A stretch of DNA of 64,000 nucleotides, from NCBI GenBank assembly GCA_965205335.1, contig OZ242164.1:416046-480045 (forward strand). Direction: 5' to 3'. The notes below the pieces were generated by a model. It was not told where the DNA came from. It saw only the letters and a program-made list of their open reading frames with translations, and did not search any database. The position numbers and the translations under genes are program-made. Of this stretch, positions 38,051 through 47,879 are shown one piece after another (positions within the stretch are counted from its first letter, which is position 1; every line of letters starts with the position of its first letter). Origin of the DNA: Candidatus Woesearchaeota archaeon. Its GTDB lineage: Archaea; Nanobdellota; Nanobdellia; Woesearchaeales; UBA583.

Positions 38051-38637
38051 ATGAAACTAAATTGGGATAAAACAAAAAAAATCTATTTACATCGCTACTA
38101 TTTATAACACTATATATTCCCTTTTCCTTTGCGATATACTCAAGTTCTTGGTATGAATTTAACTATGAAATATACAGAACATATGAACTTATAGGGAAAG
38201 AAAACACAATTAATGCAACAGAGAACTTAATCTCTTACTTTACACACAAAAACGAGTTAAATCATATGTGGAATAACAAAGAAAAAGCCCATATGAGTGA
38301 AGTCAGAACAATCTTTGACATACTACTCATAACCTTTATCCTCTCTCTTGTAAGCCTTCTCTTTCTAATTAACAAAAATAAAAACACAATAAGAAAATTT
38401 TCAAAAACAAACATTAAAATAATCCTATCACTTCTAATAATTCTACCTTTCTTTACAATATTCTGGCATGCCTTCCATGAAATCCATTTTATAAACAACC
38501 TATAGATAATAAAGTATGATGACATATCTTACTACTTATTTCCTCAGAAATTCCTTAGAAACACAATTCTACTAATAATACTAATAGGAGCATCAATAAA
38601 TCTAACAATAAATTACACTATAAAATTATCTAAATGA
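38051..38637 (+). pseudogene. DUF1461 / TIGR01906-like integral membrane protein gene, disrupted by a frameshift at an A8 tract and an in-frame TAG
   Basis: ATG 38051 reads MKLNWDKTKK, then the frame is lost at A8 (38074-38081). The adjacent frame continues NLFTSLLFITLYIPF...EKAHMSEVRTIFD...FHEIHFINNL, TAG (38503-38505), IIKYDDISYYLFPQKF... to TGA 38635-38637. Family assignment is from recall. Confidence 0.5.
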
Positions 38638-40647
38638 AATACCATACTCATTATGATTCTGAACTTGAGATTTTATTAACTCATATCTCTCAATGAAATT
38701 CTCCTCTGTTAAAGGTACAGCAGATGCAGGAATAACTATATTAATCTTATTTCCGCTATTAATATCTGGCAGCCAATTCTCAATATCAAACATTGATTTC
38801 AAATCTCCATTTGAATCAAAATATGCAACAGTTAAATTATAGTATATTTCATCAAAATCATCATCCAAAAAAGATAATTTACTAAATATCTCTCCGTCAT
38901 TTGGCCATATAGCAAAAGATTCAAATCCCTTTTCCTTATTTTCAATTGTTATATAAACACTGCCATCATCTTGAGAATACAATTTCCTTCCATTCTGATT
39001 CCCTTCATATATAATGACATTCCTCAGTGATATTGTAAATTCTTTTAGAGGTGTTAATTTAATAACCGCAGAAGACGTAATAAATCCATCATCTCTTGGT
39101 GTATCAATTCTAGCAACTCCTCTATGAAAACCCTCCTTCTCTCCTATGACAGTACCTCCCTGACACCAAGGAAATGTAGTACTTAAAACAGGAGATTTAT
39201 ACTCACGAGTAAAACCCTTATGAACAGGTTTTGCTGTAACTCCCATATCACACGATAAATGAATACACTGATATGTAATATTAACACCGCTTAATGGAAT
39301 ATCTAAATTCTTATTTTCTGCATGAATTACTGTATAATACATATAACTCTCATTTGTACAATAATTTTCATTATTAACCGTTAAAGGCTGATTAGCAGGA
39401 TCAAACGCAATAGGTCTTCTTTGCTTAGGAGCATTATCCTCTATCTTAATTCTTAGCGGGAACTGGAAGATATAACCATTTCCTTCAGAATTTCTATCCT
39501 GTATTGACATTATCATATCATAATCTAATGTATACAAATGGTGATATATCTGAACACAAGGAATTGGGATTTTTCCATCAAACACTTTCATTGTAATAGG
39601 TTTTACAACTTGGCCTGAACTTGGCTTAACGCTAAAACTATCCTTCCAGAAAAAAGGGTCTTTTGTAATCTTATCACCTCCTTCATACGAATCCGAATAA
39701 GGTAAAAATGCATTAACCTCATAATTTAAATAAGAATCAGGCAAATCACTAATATCAAAAACATAATGATTTTCAAAATAAGGCCTTAAATCCTTAGTTC
39801 CTAAATCAACATTTAAATTAGCATCATATATATAATCCTTTGGAAAAGTCCCATTAAACTGCAAATACTTAAAATTATGTTTATTCAAATTAATCAAATT
39901 CTCCTTTAACTGTTCATACGTCCAAACTTGCCCCGAACACGAATAAGAAATCCCCTCAGAAGGCATAGAATCCCTATTGCTGTAATCTGATGCTGAATAA
40001 ATCTGATCTAAAACTAACTCCTCCATAAAATTTGTATCCTGTTCATACCCATAAATCTGCGCCGCAAGTTCATACATGTCCCCTAACCTAACATTCTCTA
40101 ACTTAACTGCATAATCTGAAACTGAAATCTCCCTATCTGAATTCTTCTCTGAAAAACTAATCAACAACCTTCCTTCAACAGTGACATCTTCCTTATTAAT
40201 ACTCACATCAACTAAATACGAATCATCAATTTCAATATCAAAAGTTTCTTCAAGAACCCTTAAATCTGATTCAATACATAAAATACTCTCAGATTCAATA
40301 AAACTCCCCAACTCTCTCTCCATAGAAAAAATGGTTGGAATATCATCATCTAAAGAATCCCATGAGGGAATAATCAATCCTCCAATTTCCGTATGCTTTC
40401 TTGGGTCATTTCGTATTGACTCATCAATCTCAATCTGTCCTCCCTGAAAACCCAACAAAAACGTTCCTCTATGAGCAGAATCTAAAATACAATCATCAAC
40501 AATCTGCTTAACCTGATTCTTAGCTCTGAAATCAAAACCCTTAAAAATTGAAAAATCAGAAGTTGCAACCAGAAAAGCAATTACTATAATTAATATTATT
40601 CCTATTATGACAAACATTGTCACCTGAGCATTATTTTTCCTCAACAT
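38626..40647 (-). CDS. large secreted protein with class III (pilin-like) signal peptide
   Basis: 673 aa. N-terminus MLRKNNAQVTMFVIIGIILIIVIAFLV. Last gene of the four-gene operon. Confidence 0.6.
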   Translation of the reverse strand: MLRKNNAQVTMFVIIGIILIIVIAFLVATSDFSIFKGFDFRAKNQVKQIVDDCILDSAHRGTFLLGFQGGQIEIDESIRNDPRKHTEIGGLIIPSWDSLDDDIPTIFSMERELGSFIESESILCIESDLRVLEETFDIEIDDSYLVDVSINKEDVTVEGRLLISFSEKNSDREISVSDYAVKLENVRLGDMYELAAQIYGYEQDTNFMEELVLDQIYSASDYSNRDSMPSEGISYSCSGQVWTYEQLKENLINLNKHNFKYLQFNGTFPKDYIYDANLNVDLGTKDLRPYFENHYVFDISDLPDSYLNYEVNAFLPYSDSYEGGDKITKDPFFWKDSFSVKPSSGQVVKPITMKVFDGKIPIPCVQIYHHLYTLDYDMIMSIQDRNSEGNGYIFQFPLRIKIEDNAPKQRRPIAFDPANQPLTVNNENYCTNESYMYYTVIHAENKNLDIPLSGVNITYQCIHLSCDMGVTAKPVHKGFTREYKSPVLSTTFPWCQGGTVIGEKEGFHRGVARIDTPRDDGFITSSAVIKLTPLKEFTISLRNVIIYEGNQNGRKLYSQDDGSVYITIENKEKGFESFAIWPNDGEIFSKLSFLDDDFDEIYYNLTVAYFDSNGDLKSMFDIENWLPDINSGNKINIVIPASAVPLTEENFIERYELIKSQVQNHNEYGISFR

Positions 40648-41039
40648 TTTTCAAGCGAATTAATCTTATATTTTTCCTCTCTAGAACCACATGCCAAACT
40701 TCCATCAAAAGTCAATATAACAGGGTTTAAATGAACAGAAGATGAACTCGTTTTAATAGACACCCTCCCAAGTGATCTGGAGAACACCTTCTGAACATTT
40801 TCTTTATCCTCACTAAACACAAAATCAATATCAGAATCACCATTATTTTTAATATGAACTTCCATTCCTTCAGGGGTTTTGCAATATTTAGTGATTTCAT
40901 AGTTCAAAAGATTACATCTCTCTAGCTCAGGAACGTATAATCTACCAAGAATTGCATGCAATATCAAAGCAATAATAAACGATGCAATCGCAAGTACAAG
41001 AATATACATTGAAACTCCCTTTTTACATTCAAGTTGCAT
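40641..41039 (-). CDS. small pilin-like protein
   Basis: 132 aa. N-terminus MQLECKKGVSMYILVLAIASFIIALIL. Overlaps the next gene by 7 nt. Confidence 0.55.
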   Translation of the reverse strand: MQLECKKGVSMYILVLAIASFIIALILHAILGRLYVPELERCNLLNYEITKYCKTPEGMEVHIKNNGDSDIDFVFSEDKENVQKVFSRSLGRVSIKTSSSSVHLNPVILTFDGSLACGSREEKYKINSLEKC

Positions 41040-41181
41040 AATGAGGTTCTACAAAAGAATAATATAAAGATTTGTCCTATTCCCAAAGTAAACACAATAA
41101 AAAACTAAAGATTCATTTATGCATCCAATAAACACATTGCATCCATATTATTCCCCAGAGGATTAAAATCCAACACATTAA

Positions 41182-43938
41182 CTATGGGCAATCAGATTCT
41201 GTACAAGATATTTCATTTCCATCGAATGAACAATTTCTAATTTTAATCCTCACACTTGAATCAGTACAAGAATAGCTTCTATCTTCTCCATATTGTATAT
41301 CAACAGACAAATTACCTCTAACATCACAAGCTCCATCTAATCTGCAGAATTTCTCACCCATATAAACTTTCTGTCCTTCCGTAAACTCCTTTCCTCGAAC
41401 ACCAGATGACCATGCACCTAATGTGGGAACTCCATCTGTAAAACAACTTCCACCTACATCTGCACATCCAAACGTCTTATTAATAGGAGTGAAACAACGA
41501 ACTTGCGTCTTATTAAACTCAACCCAATTATCTGAGTCAGAATCTGGATCATAATACTTCCCTGATAAATCCCCAAAAGTTCCAAGTTTTAGGAGACTAG
41601 AATCATTATTATGACGCTCAAGACCTGTCGTTAAAATAAGAGAATCAGGCTTAGGACTGCCACTATAACTACTCCCATTTAATTTAATAACAAAATTAGA
41701 TCTACGAGGAATATGACAAAATTGACACAGACCTGCACTCTGCTCAATATCAAAACCAGCGAATATACCCGGATTAACAAGTCCTGGTATTATCTCTCTA
41801 TCGTATCCAAACCCAATAACATGCTGAGTGGGAAATGGTGATGATTCACTTCCTTGAATACTCGTTAAATTCCCAATAGCAGAAGTGCCATCACAGTCTA
41901 TTCGCACTCTTGCTTTAAGAAGACTTGTGATTTCGCTTCCACGAAGATACTCAAAAATATTTTGAGTGTGGAAATTCCTATCATAACCTAGATCTCTTGG
42001 ACGTTTCTGACTATTAACATAAGGTTCATAACAAAAATAAACCTCTTCATCTAAAGCAAAATCATTATTTCCACTTCCATTCTTAAAATATAGGTTGGGT
42101 TCATTATAGATACTTCTATTTAAAATTTCAGTATTACAACAAGTCATAAACCAAGGATTTTCACTACCATCATTAATAGCATGTGGACCAAGACACCTAA
42201 AAGGATAAACAGTTAAAGTATAATTCTCTTCATTAATAGGAGTTCCATCTGCTCTATTAATCTGAATCTTGATTTCTTGGAGTGAACCATTAGTACTAAT
42301 ATTAAAAATTTTATTGCCAGGAACAACAATAGGTGGATCAACATCATTTACCCAATACTCCACATAATTAAAATCAAGATCCTTTCCAAAACATGAATTA
42401 AGAACTTTTATACCATACTTTCCTGGATACAAAGCATAAGCATAGGCTTCGGTTCTACCACTACTAAAATTTGTAAATATTCTAACTTCATCATTTCTCC
42501 ATTTAAATGAAGCTTCAATAGGAAAACCTGGTTTCTTATAATTATAAAATTTAATACAATCAATAACATCATTATTATTAAAATTCGCTGGAGTTCCTAC
42601 AATAAAATAAACTCTCTGAATAGTATAAGCTTCCCCATCAGTAAGTTGTATATTAAAATCATACTTACCTTCCTTCTCTGCCTTAAAAGTATAATTGCCC
42701 TGTGTTGACAAATTAAAAATATCAGAAGGTTTCAAATCAACATATCTAACATTACCACAATCACCACTATCACCAGAACCATAATAATGAGGAGGACGAC
42801 AATCCATTACCTCAGGATCCATACGGGCAGATATATTAATTGTAGAATTCCACCAAGACCCATTATCTGCAACATAAGCCAAAATGCACTCATCATCAGT
42901 AATATTTGCACACAACACACTCAAATTAAAAGAAGGGGCATGATTTCGATACCCGAACCTATAAACATAAGGATTCCCTAAAATCTTACTCCCATCATCA
43001 AAGAAATAATAAACATACTCCTTATATTCAGGAGAATCATTAATCTTATGAATTTTAAATGTTAGTTCGCTAAGATTATCAATAAAAGCTCTTACTTTAC
43101 TAATATTTCTTAAAATATTATTCAACTGAGTTGAATTACTAAGATTAATACTTCTATTATCCATCTTTTTATTCATTAAATCCTGAGACAAGAACCTTAA
43201 TGCTCCAAATCTTACAGGAACAGATACAACAGATTCTACAAACTCCACTGAATCCCCTCTTGAACCATTTAACACAATAGGATACAAAAACTTCACCTCT
43301 GTTTCATCCTTATTAAAAGAAACATTAACTGTAGCAGTTGAATTCAAATTATATACTGAAACATCATCTAATAAAGTATTGGAAGATGCAATTACCTGCC
43401 CTGGATCTAACTCAACACCAAATTCCCTAACATCAAGAGTTTCATTAATAATCTTATGCTGACAATTCTTTCCAAACTCCTCATAAAAATATCTCTCAAA
43501 ATGTGATTTAACAGTTTCATTATAAATAGACCTGTTCACATTTTCAACTAAATAAGGAACAGTAATTCCAATCCGCAACTCCCTTGCATGAACTAAATTC
43601 CATTTCAAAGAATCCCAGTCCAAACCTATGTTCCCAATAAAATGATAAGGATATGGGACAGGGTATATAAAACTCTTTCTATATATTCCATTAGGAACAC
43701 CATAAATAAACCCTCCTTTAAGTCCTGAAACAATTAATGCTTTCTCTAACTGCTTCTCCATACAAGAATCAACATACCCCTTAATAAACAAAACCCTCTC
43801 TTGAGTATCAACATCAGTCCCTCTGGAAATCTCTTCCTTTTTTGAGTCATTAGACATAAAAACCAAAAAAACCATGGCAGAAATAATAATTACAGAAATT
43901 ATAATAAACATGCTAATCTGTCCCTTAGATGATTTCAT
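41182..43938 (-). CDS. very large secreted protein with class III (pilin-like) signal peptide; sequon-rich with a Cys-rich C-terminus
   Basis: 918 aa. N-terminus MKSSKGQISMFIIISVIIISAMVFLV. Many NxS/T sequons. Confidence 0.6.
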   Translation of the reverse strand: MKSSKGQISMFIIISVIIISAMVFLVFMSNDSKKEEISRGTDVDTQERVLFIKGYVDSCMEKQLEKALIVSGLKGGFIYGVPNGIYRKSFIYPVPYPYHFIGNIGLDWDSLKWNLVHARELRIGITVPYLVENVNRSIYNETVKSHFERYFYEEFGKNCQHKIINETLDVREFGVELDPGQVIASSNTLLDDVSVYNLNSTATVNVSFNKDETEVKFLYPIVLNGSRGDSVEFVESVVSVPVRFGALRFLSQDLMNKKMDNRSINLSNSTQLNNILRNISKVRAFIDNLSELTFKIHKINDSPEYKEYVYYFFDDGSKILGNPYVYRFGYRNHAPSFNLSVLCANITDDECILAYVADNGSWWNSTINISARMDPEVMDCRPPHYYGSGDSGDCGNVRYVDLKPSDIFNLSTQGNYTFKAEKEGKYDFNIQLTDGEAYTIQRVYFIVGTPANFNNNDVIDCIKFYNYKKPGFPIEASFKWRNDEVRIFTNFSSGRTEAYAYALYPGKYGIKVLNSCFGKDLDFNYVEYWVNDVDPPIVVPGNKIFNISTNGSLQEIKIQINRADGTPINEENYTLTVYPFRCLGPHAINDGSENPWFMTCCNTEILNRSIYNEPNLYFKNGSGNNDFALDEEVYFCYEPYVNSQKRPRDLGYDRNFHTQNIFEYLRGSEITSLLKARVRIDCDGTSAIGNLTSIQGSESSPFPTQHVIGFGYDREIIPGLVNPGIFAGFDIEQSAGLCQFCHIPRRSNFVIKLNGSSYSGSPKPDSLILTTGLERHNNDSSLLKLGTFGDLSGKYYDPDSDSDNWVEFNKTQVRCFTPINKTFGCADVGGSCFTDGVPTLGAWSSGVRGKEFTEGQKVYMGEKFCRLDGACDVRGNLSVDIQYGEDRSYSCTDSSVRIKIRNCSFDGNEISCTESDCP

Positions 43939-44486
43939 TTTTTCTCTTTCTTTGATCTTATGAAAAGAGGTTTAAATACCATAATTACAATAACCAAAAT
44001 CATCAGATAAAACAAATAAGTAACATAATTAAACTTCTTACTCTTAGTTATCTCAACCTTGAAATTCTCAATTTCATCCTTTGAAATGGATTTCTTTATT
44101 GTATAATTTATTATGTGTGGGGGCCTTTCAACATGCCATGCAATAAGAGGATCTGATTCCAAAATTGCATAATCTTTCTCGCTCTCTATGAATTCCTCTC
44201 TATTCTCATATGTCAATTCCTCAATAACACTCTTTGGAATTCTATGTGAAACATCAACAGGGTCTTCTGAATAAGGTACATGAATTGAAACTTCAGTTCT
44301 ATCTTCAAAAAACTCAAAATTCGGATCCAAAGAATCATCAGTAAACTCACCTGAAACATCATCCACTGTCCTAGAACTATTACTCACCTTAGTTACAAAA
44401 AACACAGAAACAGAAACCAGAACTATAAGACATAATATCATAATAACTACGACATTCAAAGACGAAGACTGAGAATTTCTTTCCAT
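43935..44486 (-). CDS. membrane protein with pilin-like N-terminus and C-terminal TM helix
   Basis: 183 aa. MERNSQSSSLNVVVIMILCLIVLV (compare RNSQ in the 911-aa protein). C-terminal YLFYLMILVIVIMVF. 4-nt overlap with the next gene. Confidence 0.55.
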   Translation of the reverse strand: MERNSQSSSLNVVVIMILCLIVLVSVSVFFVTKVSNSSRTVDDVSGEFTDDSLDPNFEFFEDRTEVSIHVPYSEDPVDVSHRIPKSVIEELTYENREEFIESEKDYAILESDPLIAWHVERPPHIINYTIKKSISKDEIENFKVEITKSKKFNYVTYLFYLMILVIVIMVFKPLFIRSKKEKK

Positions 44487-44509
44487 TTATTAAACAGACA
44501 CAAAAATCT

Positions 44510-44517
44510 TTTATAAA
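44510..44517 (-). promoter_or_regulatory. TATA box TTTATAAA for the pilin-like operon
   Basis: 23 nt from ATG 44486. 6 nt from the MITE target duplication at 44524-44531. Confidence 0.55.
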
Positions 44518-44531
44518 ATTTTGTCTTCACA

Positions 44532-44658
44532 GGCTCTGTCCGAAAATTCAAGAGAACTTAAAATGTTATATAAATAAAGCAATTTTTGACAAATATTTTT
44601 TTCTTTGATTGAATATAGTTAGCATAAATTTTGGAAAAAACAATTTTCGGACAGAGCC
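44532..44658 (+). mobile_element. MITE copy 2 (127 bp; one T fewer in the internal T-run)
   Basis: Same 17-bp TIRs. TCTTCACA lies on the left flank (44524-44531) and on the right flank at 44661-44668, after two extra C residues. Confidence 0.9.
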
Positions 44659-44672
44659 CCTCTTCACAAACT

Positions 44673-44680
44673 TTTATAAA
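44673..44680 (+). promoter_or_regulatory. TATA box TTTATAAA upstream of the Nudix gene
   Basis: Exact motif 34 nt before ATG 44715 and 28 nt before TTG 44709. Confidence 0.45.
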
Positions 44681-44714
44681 TTAAATCCTACTACATAAAA
44701 ATAAGGCTTTGAAG

Positions 44715-45197
44715 ATGACGCAATTTAGCTACAGAGAAAATGTAGCCGCCATCATCATTAATAAAGATAAAAAAGTTCTTATGTGTGAACACGCATGGAT
44801 TGACGATGCTTGGCAGTTACCTCAAGGAGGAATAGAAGAAAACGAGACAGAAGAAGAAACTCTTCTAAGAGAACTATGGGAAGAACTTGGAACCAAAAAA
44901 TTCAAGATTCTTAAAAGAATGGATGCTAAAATTAAATATCTGCTTCCTTTTTACCTAAGAGAAAAATACGGATTATCAGGACAAGAACAGAAATATTTTC
45001 TTGTATATTTTTACGGAAAAGATGAAGAAATCCGTTTTAACAATCAGGAAAAACCTGAATTCAAAGCATTTAAATGGGTTGAATACAACAAACCTCCAAT
45101 CAAAGTAATTTACTTTAAAAAATTAGCATATATGAAAGCATTGGATTACTTCAAAGAATACGTTGAAAAACTAGACATTAAATCAATCAAAACTTGA
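44715..45197 (+). CDS. Nudix hydrolase (RppH/NudH-like)
   Basis: Nudix box GGIEENETEEETLLRELWEELGT. ATG 44715 is preferred over the TTG at 44709 used by the ORF track. Confidence 0.85.
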   Translation: MTQFSYRENVAAIIINKDKKVLMCEHAWIDDAWQLPQGGIEENETEEETLLRELWEELGTKKFKILKRMDAKIKYLLPFYLREKYGLSGQEQKYFLVYFYGKDEEIRFNNQEKPEFKAFKWVEYNKPPIKVIYFKKLAYMKALDYFKEYVEKLDIKSIKT

Positions 45198-45245
45198 AAT
45201 CTCCATCAAAACCAAACATTTAGTTCCTTTATCTCCACTGACTTT

Positions 45246-46031
45246 CTAACTTTCATCATCAGGGAAGTGATTTGCATTAATAATTGTCCAAGAACCCAAA
45301 CCTGCTACAAGTGTTTCAAGTTTATCTTCTGATACTTGAAGTTCACCTTGTGAATTAAACCTATCTATTTTATATGAAATTGTAAGTTCTGCTTTCAGAG
45401 ATTCTTTTATCTCTGGCTTTGTTGTATCCGCTATCTCAAACTCCTTCTTTCTAAAAGTATATCCCTGTCCCTGAGTAACCTCTTGATTATAAATAATCTC
45501 TGCAAACTCAATTGAATTGGAATTTATTATTATAAGACTCTTAACTGTCAAATCCTTTATTTCTGCCCTTTTAGCTATCTGTTTAAAATATTCCAGTTCA
45601 ACACCAATCTTATTATCATCTTCTGAGTTAATTATAAAAGGAACATTAATAATGAAATCTCCTTTAAAGTGTACATCCGAATTCTTAAAATCAATGGATT
45701 TTTTCTGAGGCACAACCTTATCGTTCTGTTTTAGAACACATTCATCATTATCAGAACACATCTTCTCTAAATAATCTCCCTTAGTTCCCTCACATCCAAG
45801 AACAGGATGACTCTCTGGCACATCATTTGGACAAGAACAATAATTTTCCCCATCCTCAGGAATACCATTTCCGCATACATTCCTCTCAATTTTCTTTGCA
45901 ACACACTCTCCATCCACTTCCGAATACTTCTCATACGTTGTATCAAGAGTAGAACAATCAACATCTGAACAACCCGCAAGAACAAGAACACCACAAAACA
46001 AAAAAACAAAAAAGATATTCTTATTAATCAT
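45246..46031 (-). CDS. lipobox-bearing secreted Cys-rich protein
   Basis: Start taken at MINKNIFFVFLFCGVLVLAGC (lipobox VLAGC). The track start 46043 is a TTG codon. Confidence 0.5.
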   Translation of the reverse strand: MINKNIFFVFLFCGVLVLAGCSDVDCSTLDTTYEKYSEVDGECVAKKIERNVCGNGIPEDGENYCSCPNDVPESHPVLGCEGTKGDYLEKMCSDNDECVLKQNDKVVPQKKSIDFKNSDVHFKGDFIINVPFIINSEDDNKIGVELEYFKQIAKRAEIKDLTVKSLIIINSNSIEFAEIIYNQEVTQGQGYTFRKKEFEIADTTKPEIKESLKAELTISYKIDRFNSQGELQVSEDKLETLVAGLGSWTIINANHFPDDES

Positions 46032-46032
46032 C

Positions 46033-46614
46033 TTAAATCTCAACTTTAACAGTTACAACCTCTGAGTATTTAATTTCGCCAATTACAACAGTGAGAGTAA
46101 CAAAACAATTTCCTGGACTGGTATCAGATCCTTCTACAGCTCTCACAATAAGAGGATAACTATCTACCTCTCCAGATTCCATATTAGGAAACCCCCCCAA
46201 AACACTAATCACTGCAGGTATACATGTAGCAGGAGTAGCACCCCCATCCGAAACAGAATAGGTAAAATGACCCCCACCACCACTACTTTTAATTTGAGCA
46301 GCAACAAGTTCATTTGCTCCTGAATTCAAAATTTTAAAGAAAAACTTTTCTCCATCAGGATTTCCTATTTTTAGAGTTACCTCTGATGGTACTACTACAA
46401 AGTTTCCAGATTCCTGTTTAACTTTTTTCAACTGCACTTCTTCTTGTTCTGTCAACCGTTTATCAAGATCACCTTTTGCATCTTCTAAAAAACCCGTAAC
46501 AAAGGCAATCACTAGTCCCATAATCACTAAACCAATTATCAACATAATAATCAAATTCAAACTTAACTCCACTGCTCCCTTTTTACTTTTTCTTCCTATC
46601 TGTTCCCTTATCAT
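46033..46614 (-). CDS. pilin-like protein (class III signal peptide)
   Basis: 193 aa. SKKGAVELSLNLIIMLIIGLVIMGLVIAFV N-terminus followed by a beta-rich domain. Confidence 0.6.
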   Translation of the reverse strand: MIREQIGRKSKKGAVELSLNLIIMLIIGLVIMGLVIAFVTGFLEDAKGDLDKRLTEQEEVQLKKVKQESGNFVVVPSEVTLKIGNPDGEKFFFKILNSGANELVAAQIKSSGGGGHFTYSVSDGGATPATCIPAVISVLGGFPNMESGEVDSYPLIVRAVEGSDTSPGNCFVTLTVVIGEIKYSEVVTVKVEI

Positions 46615-46787
46615 ACTCTTCCTTTTATTCTCTTTACTTAAAAAGGTTTTTTATTTTCGAATAATAGTAACAAGTCAAACTATGAAGGTTATTCAACTAT
46701 CTTCCAAATACAAACTAAAAAATATAATATCCTCCACACATATAAATTCAATCTGAACTCTCAAACAGAACTAATAACTAACAAAAC

Positions 46788-47723
46788 TGTGCAGTAAAGT
46801 AGCATATGCTACCATATAAAATTAGAATTTTTCTAATTTTTATGAAAAAAGAACATTTACGCCGTGAATTCATAAAGTTAAAATGTAAGTATTCGTACTC
46901 TAAATGTCAAATACTTTTAGAGAAAAAGTTCAGTAGAACTTTTCATATTTCAACATTAAAGCGTTGGTATAAACGATTTAATGATGGAATTTGGAATTTT
47001 CAAGACAAATCTAAAATCCCTAATAAAGTTTATTACAAAGTAACTCAAGAAGCTGAAAAAGAGATAATTGAGTTACGTAATAAAACTGGTTGGGGAGCAC
47101 TAAAGCTAAAGCAAAAGATTAAATCTGTTCAATTATCTCATACTACAATCAATAAAGTTCTAAAACGTAATGGTTTAACTCGTAAAGAACATAATCGTGG
47201 GCAAAGAGCTAAATACGTTCGTTTCGAACGTAAACACTCAAATTCACTTTGGCATATTGATGACAGTGAATTTGGGGAAAAAGGTAAAATAATTGCAGTC
47301 ATTGATGATGCCACTCGTTATTGTTTAGGTATTTTACACGTTCCAACTGTTACAACACCAATTGTAACACAGTTTCTTGATAATTTAATCAAGAAATTTG
47401 GAAATCCTAATCAAATAATCAGTGACAATGGAGCACCATATGGACTCACAAGTAAGAAGTCTAAGTTTGATAAATGGTGTCAAAGAAGAGGGATTAAGCA
47501 CATTAGAACTAGAGTTAACCGTCCTCAAACAAATGGAAAAGTGGAACGTTTGTTTGGAACAATTGACAGAGAAATTAGGTATTGCAACAATGATTTAGAG
47601 TTATTTAGATATAGATACAATGCTTTTAGGCCTCATGAGAGCTTATTTGGTCAGACTCCTTCTTATGAGTTTGACAACTTTCAGAGAAAGTTGAGGTGGT
47701 GACATATGTCACTGCACTACACA
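46788..47723 (+). mobile_element. IS481-family-like insertion sequence, copy A (chimeric; degenerate right end)
   Basis: Left end TGTGCAGTAAAGTAGCATATGCTACCA. Right end GGTGACATATGTCACTGCACTACACA. A 15-bp duplication AATAACTAACAAAAC flanks it at 46773-46787 and at 47724-47737 plus C 47874, the right copy being split by a MITE. Confidence 0.8.
46806..47702 (+). CDS. IS481-like DDE (rve) transposase
   Basis: 298 aa. LWHIDDSEF...VIDDATRYC, IISDNGAPYG, RPQTNGKVERLFGTI. Confidence 0.85.
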   Translation: MLPYKIRIFLIFMKKEHLRREFIKLKCKYSYSKCQILLEKKFSRTFHISTLKRWYKRFNDGIWNFQDKSKIPNKVYYKVTQEAEKEIIELRNKTGWGALKLKQKIKSVQLSHTTINKVLKRNGLTRKEHNRGQRAKYVRFERKHSNSLWHIDDSEFGEKGKIIAVIDDATRYCLGILHVPTVTTPIVTQFLDNLIKKFGNPNQIISDNGAPYGLTSKKSKFDKWCQRRGIKHIRTRVNRPQTNGKVERLFGTIDREIRYCNNDLELFRYRYNAFRPHESLFGQTPSYEFDNFQRKLRW

Positions 47724-47737
47724 AATAACTAACAAAA

Positions 47738-47865
47738 GGCTCTGTCCGAAAATTGTTTTTTCCAAAATTTATGCTAACTATATTCAATCAAAGAAAAAAA
47801 ATATTTGTCAAAAATTGCTTTATTTATATAACATTTTAAGTTCTCTTGAATTTTCGGACAGAGCC
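47738..47865 (-). mobile_element. MITE copy 3 (128 bp, inverted orientation), TSD TAACAAAA
   Basis: Reverse complement is identical to copy 1. TAACAAAA at 47730-47737 and 47866-47873. Confidence 0.9.
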
Positions 47866-47879
47866 TAACAAAACTTAAA

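Noticed and set aside
24957-38505. Possibility of stop-codon reassignment, raised by the in-frame TGA at 24957 and the in-frame TAG at 38503
   Set aside because: TGA terminates the RelE-like and Nudix genes at sensible lengths. TAG terminates the IS copy B transposase and the 44-aa ORF. Conserved genes such as eno, ileS and pheS have no internal stops. Local explanations (uORF, pseudogene) are more economical.
44659-44660. Two extra C residues between MITE copy 2 and its right-hand duplication, and likewise CC at 56997-56998 between IS copy B and its duplication. Considered as evidence against the TSD assignments.
   Set aside because: The 8-bp and 11-bp duplications are otherwise exact, and the other copies have clean junctions. 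These are probably small junction variations or an ambiguous element boundary, so they are mentioned rather than treated as refuting.
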